A DNA stretch of 24,767 nt, taken from a virus (Duplodnaviria; Caudoviricetes). Below are positions 7,219 to 15,163 of this stretch, one piece after another (the first letter of the stretch is position 1; the number at the start of each line of letters is the position of its first letter). The notes under the pieces were generated by a model, which was not told the DNA's origin, did not search any database, and was given only the letters and a program-made list of their open reading frames with translations. A program made the translations under genes and the position numbers. Where the stretch lies: positions 1-24,767 of the IMG/VR virus record IMGVR_UViG_3300040985_000160; one strand, written 5' to 3'.

Positions 7219-7995
7219 TTATGGGTCTAAACTTATTAGATTTGCGTCCCAACTTTTCTTTCCCATTCTCCCTGGTCGTCCTTTTTGACACTCGCCCATC
7301 AGGCATGCCCTTCCCCATTGTTGTACATCAAACCGATTTGTGTATGCGGGTCTTTCTTCAAACGCCATATACCCTACGTTGGCATACCACCAAGGTAGTT
7401 TTACTCTTGCACTTCTTTTGCATTGCGTAGGAGGAACTGGGCGGTGAGTGTGTCCTCTAACAATGAGTCGGTGAGCATGTCCACCACACGCCATTGCGAG
7501 TTGGATTGCTTCGAGTTCGTCTGAGTTCGCACCTGTTGCGTAACCGTGAGTAAAAATGCAAGCCCCGATCTGGTAGCAACCACGGAAGCCATGTCTATAT
7601 GGAACGTGCTTCCACAACTTATACTCATCTGCTACGCCTTCCATTTTCCGTGGATTACACAAATCCCTTAACCCTCTAGGTATACGCCTTGGGTCGGGTC
7701 TTTTGATGTTATCATCATGGTTGCCGTCAAGCAAGACTAATTCACAGTCTTTAGGCAAACTTTCTCTGATTCGCCTAAGCATGTCAGCCGCAACACAAAA
7801 CTCTTCGTACAGAGTAGAGCCTGGCGAGTCGTCTGCATGAACACTCGCAGCATCTGCGTCAATTACATCCCCCAAGTGAACAAAGTGTGTAAGATTTCGA
7901 CCTTTTATTTCCTCAAGCAAACGGTCGATTGCTCTCTCACTTTGGTGGGGAACATGGGTGCAACTAATTGCACACCACCTTGCCCAATCAGCCAT
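7219..7995 (-). CDS. Calcineurin-like metallophosphoesterase
   Basis: Motifs SCTH (DxH position), GDVID, GNHD, THG and GHTH in the canonical order. Confidence 0.88.
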   Translation of the reverse strand: MADWARWCAISCTHVPHQSERAIDRLLEEIKGRNLTHFVHLGDVIDADAASVHADDSPGSTLYEEFCVAADMLRRIRESLPKDCELVLLDGNHDDNIKRPDPRRIPRGLRDLCNPRKMEGVADEYKLWKHVPYRHGFRGCYQIGACIFTHGYATGANSDELEAIQLAMACGGHAHRLIVRGHTHRPVPPTQCKRSARVKLPWWYANVGYMAFEERPAYTNRFDVQQWGRACLMGECQKGRPGRMGKKSWDANLISLDP

Positions 7996-8117
7996 TACTT
8001 TTCCCGCTTAGGTATGGAGATGTAACCCATTATGTGAGCCATAATACCAACCCAAGCAACAGCACCCACCACAGTACCTGCAAAGAAAACATTGCCTAAA
8101 AAATCTGCTAAAAACAT
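7995..8117 (-). CDS. Small 40-aa single-pass membrane protein missing from the ORF track
   Basis: Manual translation gives MFLADFLGNVFFAGTVVGAVAWVGIMAHIMGYISIPKREK*. ATG 8117 lies 1 nt after the upstream stop and its TAA overlaps the next ATG (TAATG). Confidence 0.8.
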   Translation of the reverse strand: MFLADFLGNVFFAGTVVGAVAWVGIMAHIMGYISIPKREK

Positions 8118-8118
8118 A

Positions 8119-8658
8119 TTATTTTCCTATCGGATAATCAGACTGAAATTCTTTATTATCCAAATTTTTAAGGACATCTGCGGTTTGCCCTTTAGTTAAA
8201 ACATCTTTACCGTTACCCGCAATGTAATCGGCACGGGCTAAAGCCCGTTTCATAATATCTTTCCGACCATACCAGCGTCCAATTACGATGCCGAGTAGAG
8301 CCAGCCCTGAGACAGAAACAATTATACTCACCCAAGGAGCGATGGTAGACAGAACCATATCTGCAACAGGAGGAGTCAGTGCGGTTAGCACACCTATTAC
8401 AAACAGTTTTGCTCCACCCCTCAAAAAGACGAGGTTAATTATTCCTGCAAGGAGGGCTAGGAACCCTGCAAACATAATTGGAAACCAGAGGTTGGAAGTG
8501 TTCGCTACAGCAGACACTGCATCAACAGCATCTACCGCAGCAGAACGGGGAGAGAAGAGAGGTTGTAATGTTGAGCAACCAAGAAGGCACAGTGCCGTTG
8601 CAGTGTAGACGATGCCCTGTATAACTTTATATCTATCCCAAAATAACATTCGCATCAT
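8119..8658 (-). CDS. Putative lipoprotein with about 3 downstream transmembrane segments (lysis/spanin-like candidate)
   Basis: Signal-like N-terminus with lipobox LLGC (Cys28), then hydrophobic stretches WFPIMFAGFLALLAGIINLVFL, LFVIGVLTALTPPV and WVSIIVSVSGLALLGIVIG, and a basic tail. Confidence 0.6.
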   Translation of the reverse strand: MMRMLFWDRYKVIQGIVYTATALCLLGCSTLQPLFSPRSAAVDAVDAVSAVANTSNLWFPIMFAGFLALLAGIINLVFLRGGAKLFVIGVLTALTPPVADMVLSTIAPWVSIIVSVSGLALLGIVIGRWYGRKDIMKRALARADYIAGNGKDVLTKGQTADVLKNLDNKEFQSDYPIGK

Positions 8659-8879
8659 TAATTAATCCTACTTAACAAAAAGAAAATTACACTAGGAACA
8701 AGTCCCGCAATTGCACCAAAGATTGCCGCCTTTGTTTGCAACACCCATATCTTACCCTCTATTTGCCTCAAGCGTTTGTCTATACCGTGCAATTCTTTAT
8801 CTATTCTATCAAGGCGGTGCAAGACCATGTTCTCTTGCCTTTTCCACCCATTGGTTGATGTGTAATCTTCTGGGGACAT
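8658..8879 (-). CDS. Small coiled-coil protein with a C-terminal TM segment (XhlA/holin-like)
   Basis: Heptad stretch LDRIDKELHGIDKRLRQIE followed by hydrophobic AAIFGAIAGLVPSVIFFLL. Confidence 0.6.
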   Translation of the reverse strand: MSPEDYTSTNGWKRQENMVLHRLDRIDKELHGIDKRLRQIEGKIWVLQTKAAIFGAIAGLVPSVIFFLLSRIN

Positions 8880-9167
8880 TTAACTAAACTCCTGAATTAC
8901 GCTGTACTCTATTTCACCTTGGTCTAGTTTCTCGTTGAGCCAATCTGGGCTACTTCTTTTTCCCATCATATCTAAAATATGAAGAACAACGTGCCGTTCG
9001 CCTTCTCTAAATGCTGTTTCATGTGAATCGCCTGTTATATGACTGCTTCTTCCCATGTGGAACTGAACCATCAAGTCTGCAAGCACACGGTCGCCAGCCT
9101 TAGAAGCAAAGACTACTTCGTAATCTGCTTTTCGATTCTTTAATCCGCTATCTAGTTTCTTAGCCAA
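8880..9167 (-). CDS. Conserved portal-adjacent protein (Bbp19-like)
   Basis: DYEVVFASKAGDRVLADL...AFREGERHVVLHI signature, immediately downstream of the portal. TTG start with a GGGGG RBS. Confidence 0.75.
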   Translation of the reverse strand: MAKKLDSGLKNRKADYEVVFASKAGDRVLADLMVQFHMGRSSHITGDSHETAFREGERHVVLHILDMMGKRSSPDWLNEKLDQGEIEYSVIQEFS

Positions 9168-10797
9168 GTAAGCCCCCTAACTCGCCCAAGTCAGAAGCAG
9201 CAGAACCCGCATCTTTAGCGGCCGAAGCAGCTTGTTGAGCCATAGCCATCTCTTGCATTCCTTGTTCCTGCGCCTGTTCTTGTTCTTGTGCCTGTTGCCG
9301 TGTCATAGACACATCTTGTTCGCTTCGCAAGAAATTAGGATCTACATTGTTTTGAGTCATCAAAGCCCTGAATACAGCATCTGCGTCTAGGTTTTCCATG
9401 ACACCAGGATTCGTTTGGACTAGGATTTGTGCTGCACTCATACCCTGCATAAACGACTGCGTAACACTAGACCTTCTAGTTATAGCCATTGGGCTAACAT
9501 AGTTTACTTTGAGTCGAGCGTTTGCAAATGCTTCAGGTGCTTCTTCCAACATGCCGTTAGCCAGCATCCAGTTAAATGTTCTAGAAATCACTGGGTTTAG
9601 CCACTCAGCATACAGTCGAGAAAGGATTGGAGATATAACCATGAGTCCCTGTTGCCTTCGTTCTACTATTTCAGTAGCGGTCATGCGGTCTAACTCAGGT
9701 AAAGAAAGACGGTCAGCAAAGAACGCTTTATCAATCTTTGCTTCTTCTCTGTCCATTAACTCATGTCCAATGTCTGGTCTTGCACCACTATTGAACGGTT
9801 GAGGTACATCCCTAGTGCCTTGTCGAACATACATGATTGAGCCTGGTGCTGTTCTTATTGGGCCTTCCATAGTTCCAGCCCCAACAATCACAGGAGGTCG
9901 CACAGCTAATTCTGCGGCTTCTAGGATTGTCCTAGCCATAGCGTTGACTACTTTGATAGTGGGCAACACTTCCATAGCAGGTGAGCGTCCGTAGACTTCT
10001 TCGGCGGCCTTGCTCCAACGTACAACGATATATGGGTTATTGTCAAACCCACCCTCGCTCAGTGTGTGCTTCTCGCCTATTTCATAGTAGTTAGAAGCCC
10101 AGGGTTTATTGAGTTTGTCTCTTTTGCCATAATCTGTGGACATACGCTTGTACACATAATGCAGCACATTTATTTCTTTGTCCTTCTTTAAAGGATCTTC
10201 TATTGCTTGACGACACGCATCACTGCAATTCTCTATACCAAAGGTCTCGACAACCTCCCAAGCTGGCATGGTAAACTCTCGGTAGACATCTACTATGTCC
10301 CCTGCATCATTTGCTTTAAGGTAAATGCCACTCAAGTCCCTAGCCTGGAACTTAAAAACACCATCTGTTTCCGTTGCTAGGATAATAGCAGTACCAAAAC
10401 ACACTAGGTCAAGGGCTGCTTCGTGTCCTGATAAAGAAAAGTGTGAGTTGGTATTGTCGAAGTAGGACAACATTCGGTTAGTCGAGTCGTATAACCACTC
10501 TCGTACTTCGTGCAGTTTGTTTACGCTTTCGTCTTCTGAGGTTAGTTCAAACCATCGAATGCCTGTATTGAATAGCATCCCCTCCAAAGCTGCCGCTAAC
10601 TGGACTGCGGCTTCTGGGGCTGTGGTATTGAAGATTGCTCCACGCCTTTGACTACCCTTTATTTTCTGCTTAGTCTGAAAATCTCTAGTAGGCAGAACAT
10701 AATCAGCAACATCTTGCCAATGGCTGTCCCAGTTTACCCTGTTAGACTTACAGTGATTGAATGATTTAATTGCTTGTTCTGCGTTGTGTGCCATCAT
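9160..10797 (-). CDS. Portal protein (head-to-tail connector, T7 gp8/BPP-1-type)
   Basis: 545 aa with W...ADYVLP, DLVCFGTA, PYIVVRW....EVYGRSPAMEVLP, RMTATEIVER, YVSPMA and a Q/E-rich tail. Confidence 0.93.
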   Translation of the reverse strand: MMAHNAEQAIKSFNHCKSNRVNWDSHWQDVADYVLPTRDFQTKQKIKGSQRRGAIFNTTAPEAAVQLAAALEGMLFNTGIRWFELTSEDESVNKLHEVREWLYDSTNRMLSYFDNTNSHFSLSGHEAALDLVCFGTAIILATETDGVFKFQARDLSGIYLKANDAGDIVDVYREFTMPAWEVVETFGIENCSDACRQAIEDPLKKDKEINVLHYVYKRMSTDYGKRDKLNKPWASNYYEIGEKHTLSEGGFDNNPYIVVRWSKAAEEVYGRSPAMEVLPTIKVVNAMARTILEAAELAVRPPVIVGAGTMEGPIRTAPGSIMYVRQGTRDVPQPFNSGARPDIGHELMDREEAKIDKAFFADRLSLPELDRMTATEIVERRQQGLMVISPILSRLYAEWLNPVISRTFNWMLANGMLEEAPEAFANARLKVNYVSPMAITRRSSVTQSFMQGMSAAQILVQTNPGVMENLDADAVFRALMTQNNVDPNFLRSEQDVSMTRQQAQEQEQAQEQGMQEMAMAQQAASAAKDAGSAASDLGELGGLLG

Positions 10798-11054
10798 GCT
10801 GTTCCATTTTTTCTTGCTTGCCTTCTATTCCTTGCCCTAGATACGACTTGCCAATTGTCACTTTTATTGCTTCCACCATTAGACAAGGCGGTTTTGTGGT
10901 GTATCTCTTTCCCGTCACCCTTGGAAACCCTGCCTTCTTTCATAAGTCTATAACGTGCTTTGTTACGCTCACCCCTGCGTTTTCTTTGTAGCGCAGAAGC
11001 GTGGTCACGGCTATATTCCTTTTTATAATCTCTATCTTCGGGCTTTTGTGGCAT
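10794..11054 (-). CDS. Small HNH endonuclease (T7 gp7.7-like)
   Basis: RDYKKEY...RNKAR...KGDGKEIHHKTALSNGGSN..DNWQVVSRARNR. Confidence 0.8.
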   Translation of the reverse strand: MPQKPEDRDYKKEYSRDHASALQRKRRGERNKARYRLMKEGRVSKGDGKEIHHKTALSNGGSNKSDNWQVVSRARNRRQARKNGTA

Positions 11055-11350
11055 TATCCTCCCATCAGCGTTTGACCAGGGGTTGCTCCGCCAGAAGAAT
11101 AGCCACCCGAAGACAATGTGGACTGACCAGCCCGTGCTTGTCTTTTTCTTAAGCGATATGCTGAATCTCGACCTTTAGCAGAGGCACTTGTTTGCACAGC
11201 AGCTGCAACAATTGGTGGTGGTGGCGGTGGAATTGGTGGTGTTTTTTGGCTAGAAAATAGTCCACCCATGAATATCTTGCCACTTGCAGCCCGTTGTAAC
11301 ATTATACGTTCTTGTTCCATTGTTTTAATATTGTTATATTCAAAGCTCAT
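11054..11350 (-). CDS. Small virion protein, gp7.3-like (Pro-rich)
   Basis: MGGLFS..KTPPIPPPPPP, basic RLRKRQARAGQSTL and terminal TLMGG; lies between TerL and the portal. An alternative start is at 11269. Confidence 0.6.
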   Translation of the reverse strand: MSFEYNNIKTMEQERIMLQRAASGKIFMGGLFSSQKTPPIPPPPPPIVAAAVQTSASAKGRDSAYRLRKRQARAGQSTLSSGGYSSGGATPGQTLMGG

Positions 11351-11748
11351 GCTGGTGCGCCTCCTAAAAGACTTCTGGTTATTAAGGAAGATGAAATTGG
11401 CCTTCTTGCGGAGGTAGAAAACGGTTTAGGTTTTTTCTTTTTCCCGCCAAACGAGGTAGGGCCGCCCGTAATGGGAGCCTTTGGTTCCTTGGCAACAGCA
11501 GGTTTTTTATTGCTTGTGTTCGGTGTAGTTGGCGTGTTCCCAAGTGTCGGGTCTGCTGTACCTAACACCTCTTTAGGGGAGACATTTGCGGTTGTAAGAC
11601 CACCACCCCTAATTCCTCCGCCACTAGGTTTCCTTGTTGTAATTGAATCCACTTTACCAACAGAAGACCCCTCTGGTGTTACAACGCTTTCTCGTTTGCT
11701 TCCACCGCCACCAAAAATATGTTTCCAAGCATTTTGTACAAACGCCAT
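11347..11748 (-). CDS. Small low-complexity virion protein, gp7.3-like (track start TTG 11754)
   Basis: G/P/T/K-rich and ends SSSLITRSLLGGAPA; coupled to TerL and to the next gene. Confidence 0.55.
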   Translation of the reverse strand: MAFVQNAWKHIFGGGGSKRESVVTPEGSSVGKVDSITTRKPSGGGIRGGGLTTANVSPKEVLGTADPTLGNTPTTPNTSNKKPAVAKEPKAPITGGPTSFGGKKKKPKPFSTSARRPISSSLITRSLLGGAPA

Positions 11749-11750
11749 AA

Positions 11751-13217
11751 TCAAAACTCCCGCAGAGGGTTATAGTTTGAATAATCCACCGTACTCTGCA
11801 TGGGCGAATATTCATCGACATAATTTCTTGCACACCGTAACATCATTACTGCATAACGAGTGGCAGACTCAATATCATCCCGTTCTGGGACAATTTTACC
11901 ATCTTTTCTGTGTAACATACGTTTTTCTTCAAACCACTCTGATAGGTGGTTAAATACTTTGAACCTGCCTGTACGCATGCGTTCTAGTATCTCTAGGGTA
12001 ATTGGCTCTCTAGGTTGACCGCCACCCTTTGCGTCATCGTAACGAGCAGAGAATCCAATCATGTTCACACCGTGAGCAATATACTGGTCTTTGAGTGCTT
12101 CGCCACCACCTTTATCTCTTGTCATGCCATCATGTGGGAAGGACACGGGTATCCACTTGCCTCGGCTTAGTATTGCCTGAGAGTGATACGCTGCTGTTTG
12201 ACCACGTTCTTTGTAACAATCATAGACATATACGGTGTCAGCATCAGGGTCGTATGCAATCCAACACGCTGCACCTGGATGGTCAATTCCAAAATCTATA
12301 CCGCATATACGTCTAAAGTGATCTGGTATCTCAAATGGTTCACACATAATCATTTCGTCAGGCACAGCGTACACACCGCCCGAACCCATCATAGGCACAC
12401 CCTTGGCACGGGTATCTCGTTCATGTTCAGGGTAGCTTGAAAGCAACTGTTTCTTTGCTTCGTCATCTAGGTGAGGCGCATCGTCCCATGTAACATTCTT
12501 ATAATAGATGCCCGACCCACCATCTGTAAAGTGTTTAATCACATCAGATAAACCAAACAGTGGAGTCCGAGAGAATATAACTAAGCCATTTCTATCTAGG
12601 GTTCTTGTTAAAGACTCTGTGTAAATTTCGTAATCTTTAGGCTCTTCGTCTAGCCACACACCATCTCTTGCTACTCCCTGAAATTTAACAGGGCCTTGCT
12701 CATACGACTTAAAAGTGCATAGGCTTGTACCACCAGAAGTGTGCTTGACACGAATAGTATCCATAACATTAGGGACACCACACTGCCTCCAACCATAGTC
12801 AACAATACAATCAGCAGGTATCCATCCAGTTCCATCAGGTGCCTTCTCCCCTTCTCTCATGTTTCCAACCAAAGCCGCTTGCAAGATGTCTCTGCTTAAT
12901 TCGTTTGTAGGTGCTGCAACAATCCAATCGGTCGGCTGAGTAAATTGCCTACCCGCCCACCATTTAGGATATTGACCAGTAAGGTGTATTGCTACTTCAG
13001 CTGCTGCTGTTCGAGTCTTTCCTACACGATTGCCAGCAATGATTGCTCTTTCTCTGTGATCAAAGCCGTGATCATGGAAATCTTTTTGCCAATCGTAAGG
13101 GCCTCCCACACACCCATTGTCATAAGTGTCACCATACAACTCGGTGAGTTGGTTCTGCATTGCCGAAGTATCCAACTCTTGGAGTAACTCTAATAGTTCT
13201 TTTTCTGCGTTATTCAT
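11751..13217 (-). CDS. terL: Terminase large subunit (P22-like)
   Basis: Walker A AGNRVGKT, FKSYEQG..KFQG, Walker B VWLDEEP, coupling motif SRTP, nuclease GIDFG...HP and DDIESATRYA. Confidence 0.95.
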   Translation of the reverse strand: MNNAEKELLELLQELDTSAMQNQLTELYGDTYDNGCVGGPYDWQKDFHDHGFDHRERAIIAGNRVGKTRTAAAEVAIHLTGQYPKWWAGRQFTQPTDWIVAAPTNELSRDILQAALVGNMREGEKAPDGTGWIPADCIVDYGWRQCGVPNVMDTIRVKHTSGGTSLCTFKSYEQGPVKFQGVARDGVWLDEEPKDYEIYTESLTRTLDRNGLVIFSRTPLFGLSDVIKHFTDGGSGIYYKNVTWDDAPHLDDEAKKQLLSSYPEHERDTRAKGVPMMGSGGVYAVPDEMIMCEPFEIPDHFRRICGIDFGIDHPGAACWIAYDPDADTVYVYDCYKERGQTAAYHSQAILSRGKWIPVSFPHDGMTRDKGGGEALKDQYIAHGVNMIGFSARYDDAKGGGQPREPITLEILERMRTGRFKVFNHLSEWFEEKRMLHRKDGKIVPERDDIESATRYAVMMLRCARNYVDEYSPMQSTVDYSNYNPLREF

Positions 13218-15159
13218 TTTCCAACCAAAACTGCGACACTTGCAAAGTAGAGCCGTCTGCCTGTACTGGAAAACCTGCCGTTCCGACTAAATGTCTATCT
13301 ATAAAACACACATGCTTACGACCATCAAAACTTACAGCTGTGTGCAACCCCTGTTCTGTCGTATTATATATTTCGTTTGCTATGGCATAAGCACATCCAA
13401 ACGCCCTTCCTGTTGAGCTGTCATTGTCATGGGCTGGCACCACACCATGTATTGACTTTGATTGTTTGCAATGGGGGTACAACCAATCGACTCCATACGT
13501 TTCACCATTCCAAAGTTCTTCAATTTCATGGTCAGGTACAACGGTGATTCCAGCAGATGCAGTATAGCCCCACTTCTGCCAATATGCTCTTCTGGCGGCT
13601 GCTAATGTTGTTTCTAATGTGACATCAGTAGACCCTCCTTCGTTTGCAGATACTCTTATAAGTGTAGAAGTAGAGGTGTTCATTGCCGCAGGGACATAAA
13701 GGGCTAACCTTAAAATACCGCTTCTGTTTCTTATTGCATCTAAAAACAAAGGTGTAACATTCACATATGTATACTCACTACCAACCGTATCTGTCCCCGC
13801 ACCGCTCCCCATTACGAAGGTGCTTACTGGTAACTCGTAATCTAGTTCTGCGTCTTGATCAAAGTTTGTTTCTCCGCCACCAACTGCGCCACCCCAATTC
13901 CAATCAGCATCCGTACCCCCTGGTGCAGCTGGTTTTTCCCATGTCGCACCATCATCGTTCCATCTGTTTGAAGAAGACCCCGTACCCTCTACAAAGGTAT
14001 TTTTAAGTCTTCGTATATGAACCGTTTTATTTGTGGATCCACTTACACCTACAATGTATAGTTTTAAATTACAACTTACTATACTGTCATCGGTATAATC
14101 ATCAACAGAGAGGCTGCTAACATCAAACTCTAATAAAATAACATTTGCTTGGTCTGTCTTGCTTCTCAAAAATAAATTAGAATTACCGCCAGCATTTTTG
14201 TCTGTATCGTTTTCATATATTGTAGTCGCTTTTGCTGCTGCTGTTGTGCCTGTCAAGGCACTCCCCACCGCACCATCAACGCCAGTACCTGTAGAATTGT
14301 ACAGATATTTTTTTGTAAATAACGAAGAAGGCACATCTGGAACCCATCTTACATATTGCCAAGCGACATACCCGCCCTCCTGATAAACTATCGTGTCACC
14401 TACTACGCCTTTAGATAATGTGGGCAATTGTTTTACAGTAACCCAAGAATCTTCTGGAGTAGAGGCTAAGTCAAGCGTTACACCTAAATACTTAGGCTTG
14501 TCTGTATCGTATGGCGGTGCGTACTCTACTGGGTCTACCCATGCAGGTTCACCTAGACCATTAACCTGTAAAATTTTCAGGTGTGCGCTTGGGTAAGGCA
14601 CATCAAAGGGATCTTTCCATATAAACGATGTCGTACTTTCTGCGTACAACGCCTTGTTGTTATCTGTTCCACTTACTGGGGGGCAGATATATCCACCTTG
14701 TGAATAAGCCCCTTGTGCGTACTTGACCGTTGCAGCATCAGAAGCAGCAGTTGGTTCTGCCATTAGGGTAATTCCATTTCCCGCAGCCGATATTATGTTA
14801 TTAGTAATGAGTGTTGAGTTTTGTGTAGCAAAAGTTAGCCTGTCAAACGCATTCTCTACTGCTCCGTTCAAGACCCCTTCTGTCAACTTAACGGTTTGGG
14901 TCATTGGAAAATTTCTATAGAACGTATATGTGCCAGATGCAGTTGTTCCTATCCATGTAACCGTTATGGCGTTTGCGGTTACACCAGGAAGACCATAGTT
15001 TGTTACTGTATAATCTACGCCCTCTCTTGCCAACCAACTTGCTGAATCGTACACAACCAAGTCTGTCGTTTTTTCTATTTCAAATGGAACCGTAAATACC
15101 ACATTCGTTCCTGCACTAACGGTCAATGTTTCTTTTCTTGATGTTTTATCTATAGCCAT
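13210..15159 (-). CDS. Tail fibre protein 3 with an internal DNRLRE-like domain (likely start ATG 15159; track start 15183)
   Basis: N-terminal podovirus fibre adaptor (FTVPFEI...LVVY...EGVDYTV...FYR...ENAFDRLT), neck motif AEPTAASDAATVKY, short Trp-ending repeats and a DNRLRE-like block. Confidence 0.75.
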   Translation of the reverse strand: MAIDKTSRKETLTVSAGTNVVFTVPFEIEKTTDLVVYDSASWLAREGVDYTVTNYGLPGVTANAITVTWIGTTASGTYTFYRNFPMTQTVKLTEGVLNGAVENAFDRLTFATQNSTLITNNIISAAGNGITLMAEPTAASDAATVKYAQGAYSQGGYICPPVSGTDNNKALYAESTTSFIWKDPFDVPYPSAHLKILQVNGLGEPAWVDPVEYAPPYDTDKPKYLGVTLDLASTPEDSWVTVKQLPTLSKGVVGDTIVYQEGGYVAWQYVRWVPDVPSSLFTKKYLYNSTGTGVDGAVGSALTGTTAAAKATTIYENDTDKNAGGNSNLFLRSKTDQANVILLEFDVSSLSVDDYTDDSIVSCNLKLYIVGVSGSTNKTVHIRRLKNTFVEGTGSSSNRWNDDGATWEKPAAPGGTDADWNWGGAVGGGETNFDQDAELDYELPVSTFVMGSGAGTDTVGSEYTYVNVTPLFLDAIRNRSGILRLALYVPAAMNTSTSTLIRVSANEGGSTDVTLETTLAAARRAYWQKWGYTASAGITVVPDHEIEELWNGETYGVDWLYPHCKQSKSIHGVVPAHDNDSSTGRAFGCAYAIANEIYNTTEQGLHTAVSFDGRKHVCFIDRHLVGTAGFPVQADGSTLQVSQFWLENE

Positions 15160-15163
15160 ATTA

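Noticed and set aside
8288-8608. 106-aa + strand ORF considered as a nested Rz1-like gene
   Set aside because: It is on the opposite strand to the cassette and has no signal peptide or lipobox.
9250-9300. Short repeats TTGTTCTTG/CCTG
   Set aside because: They encode the Q/E/A-rich low-complexity tail of the portal and are not an independent repeat element.
11312-11953. 213-aa + strand ORF
   Set aside because: It is antisense to TerL and a low-complexity gene. Its hydrophobic/Pro pattern mirrors the minus-strand codons, and it has no RBS or motif.
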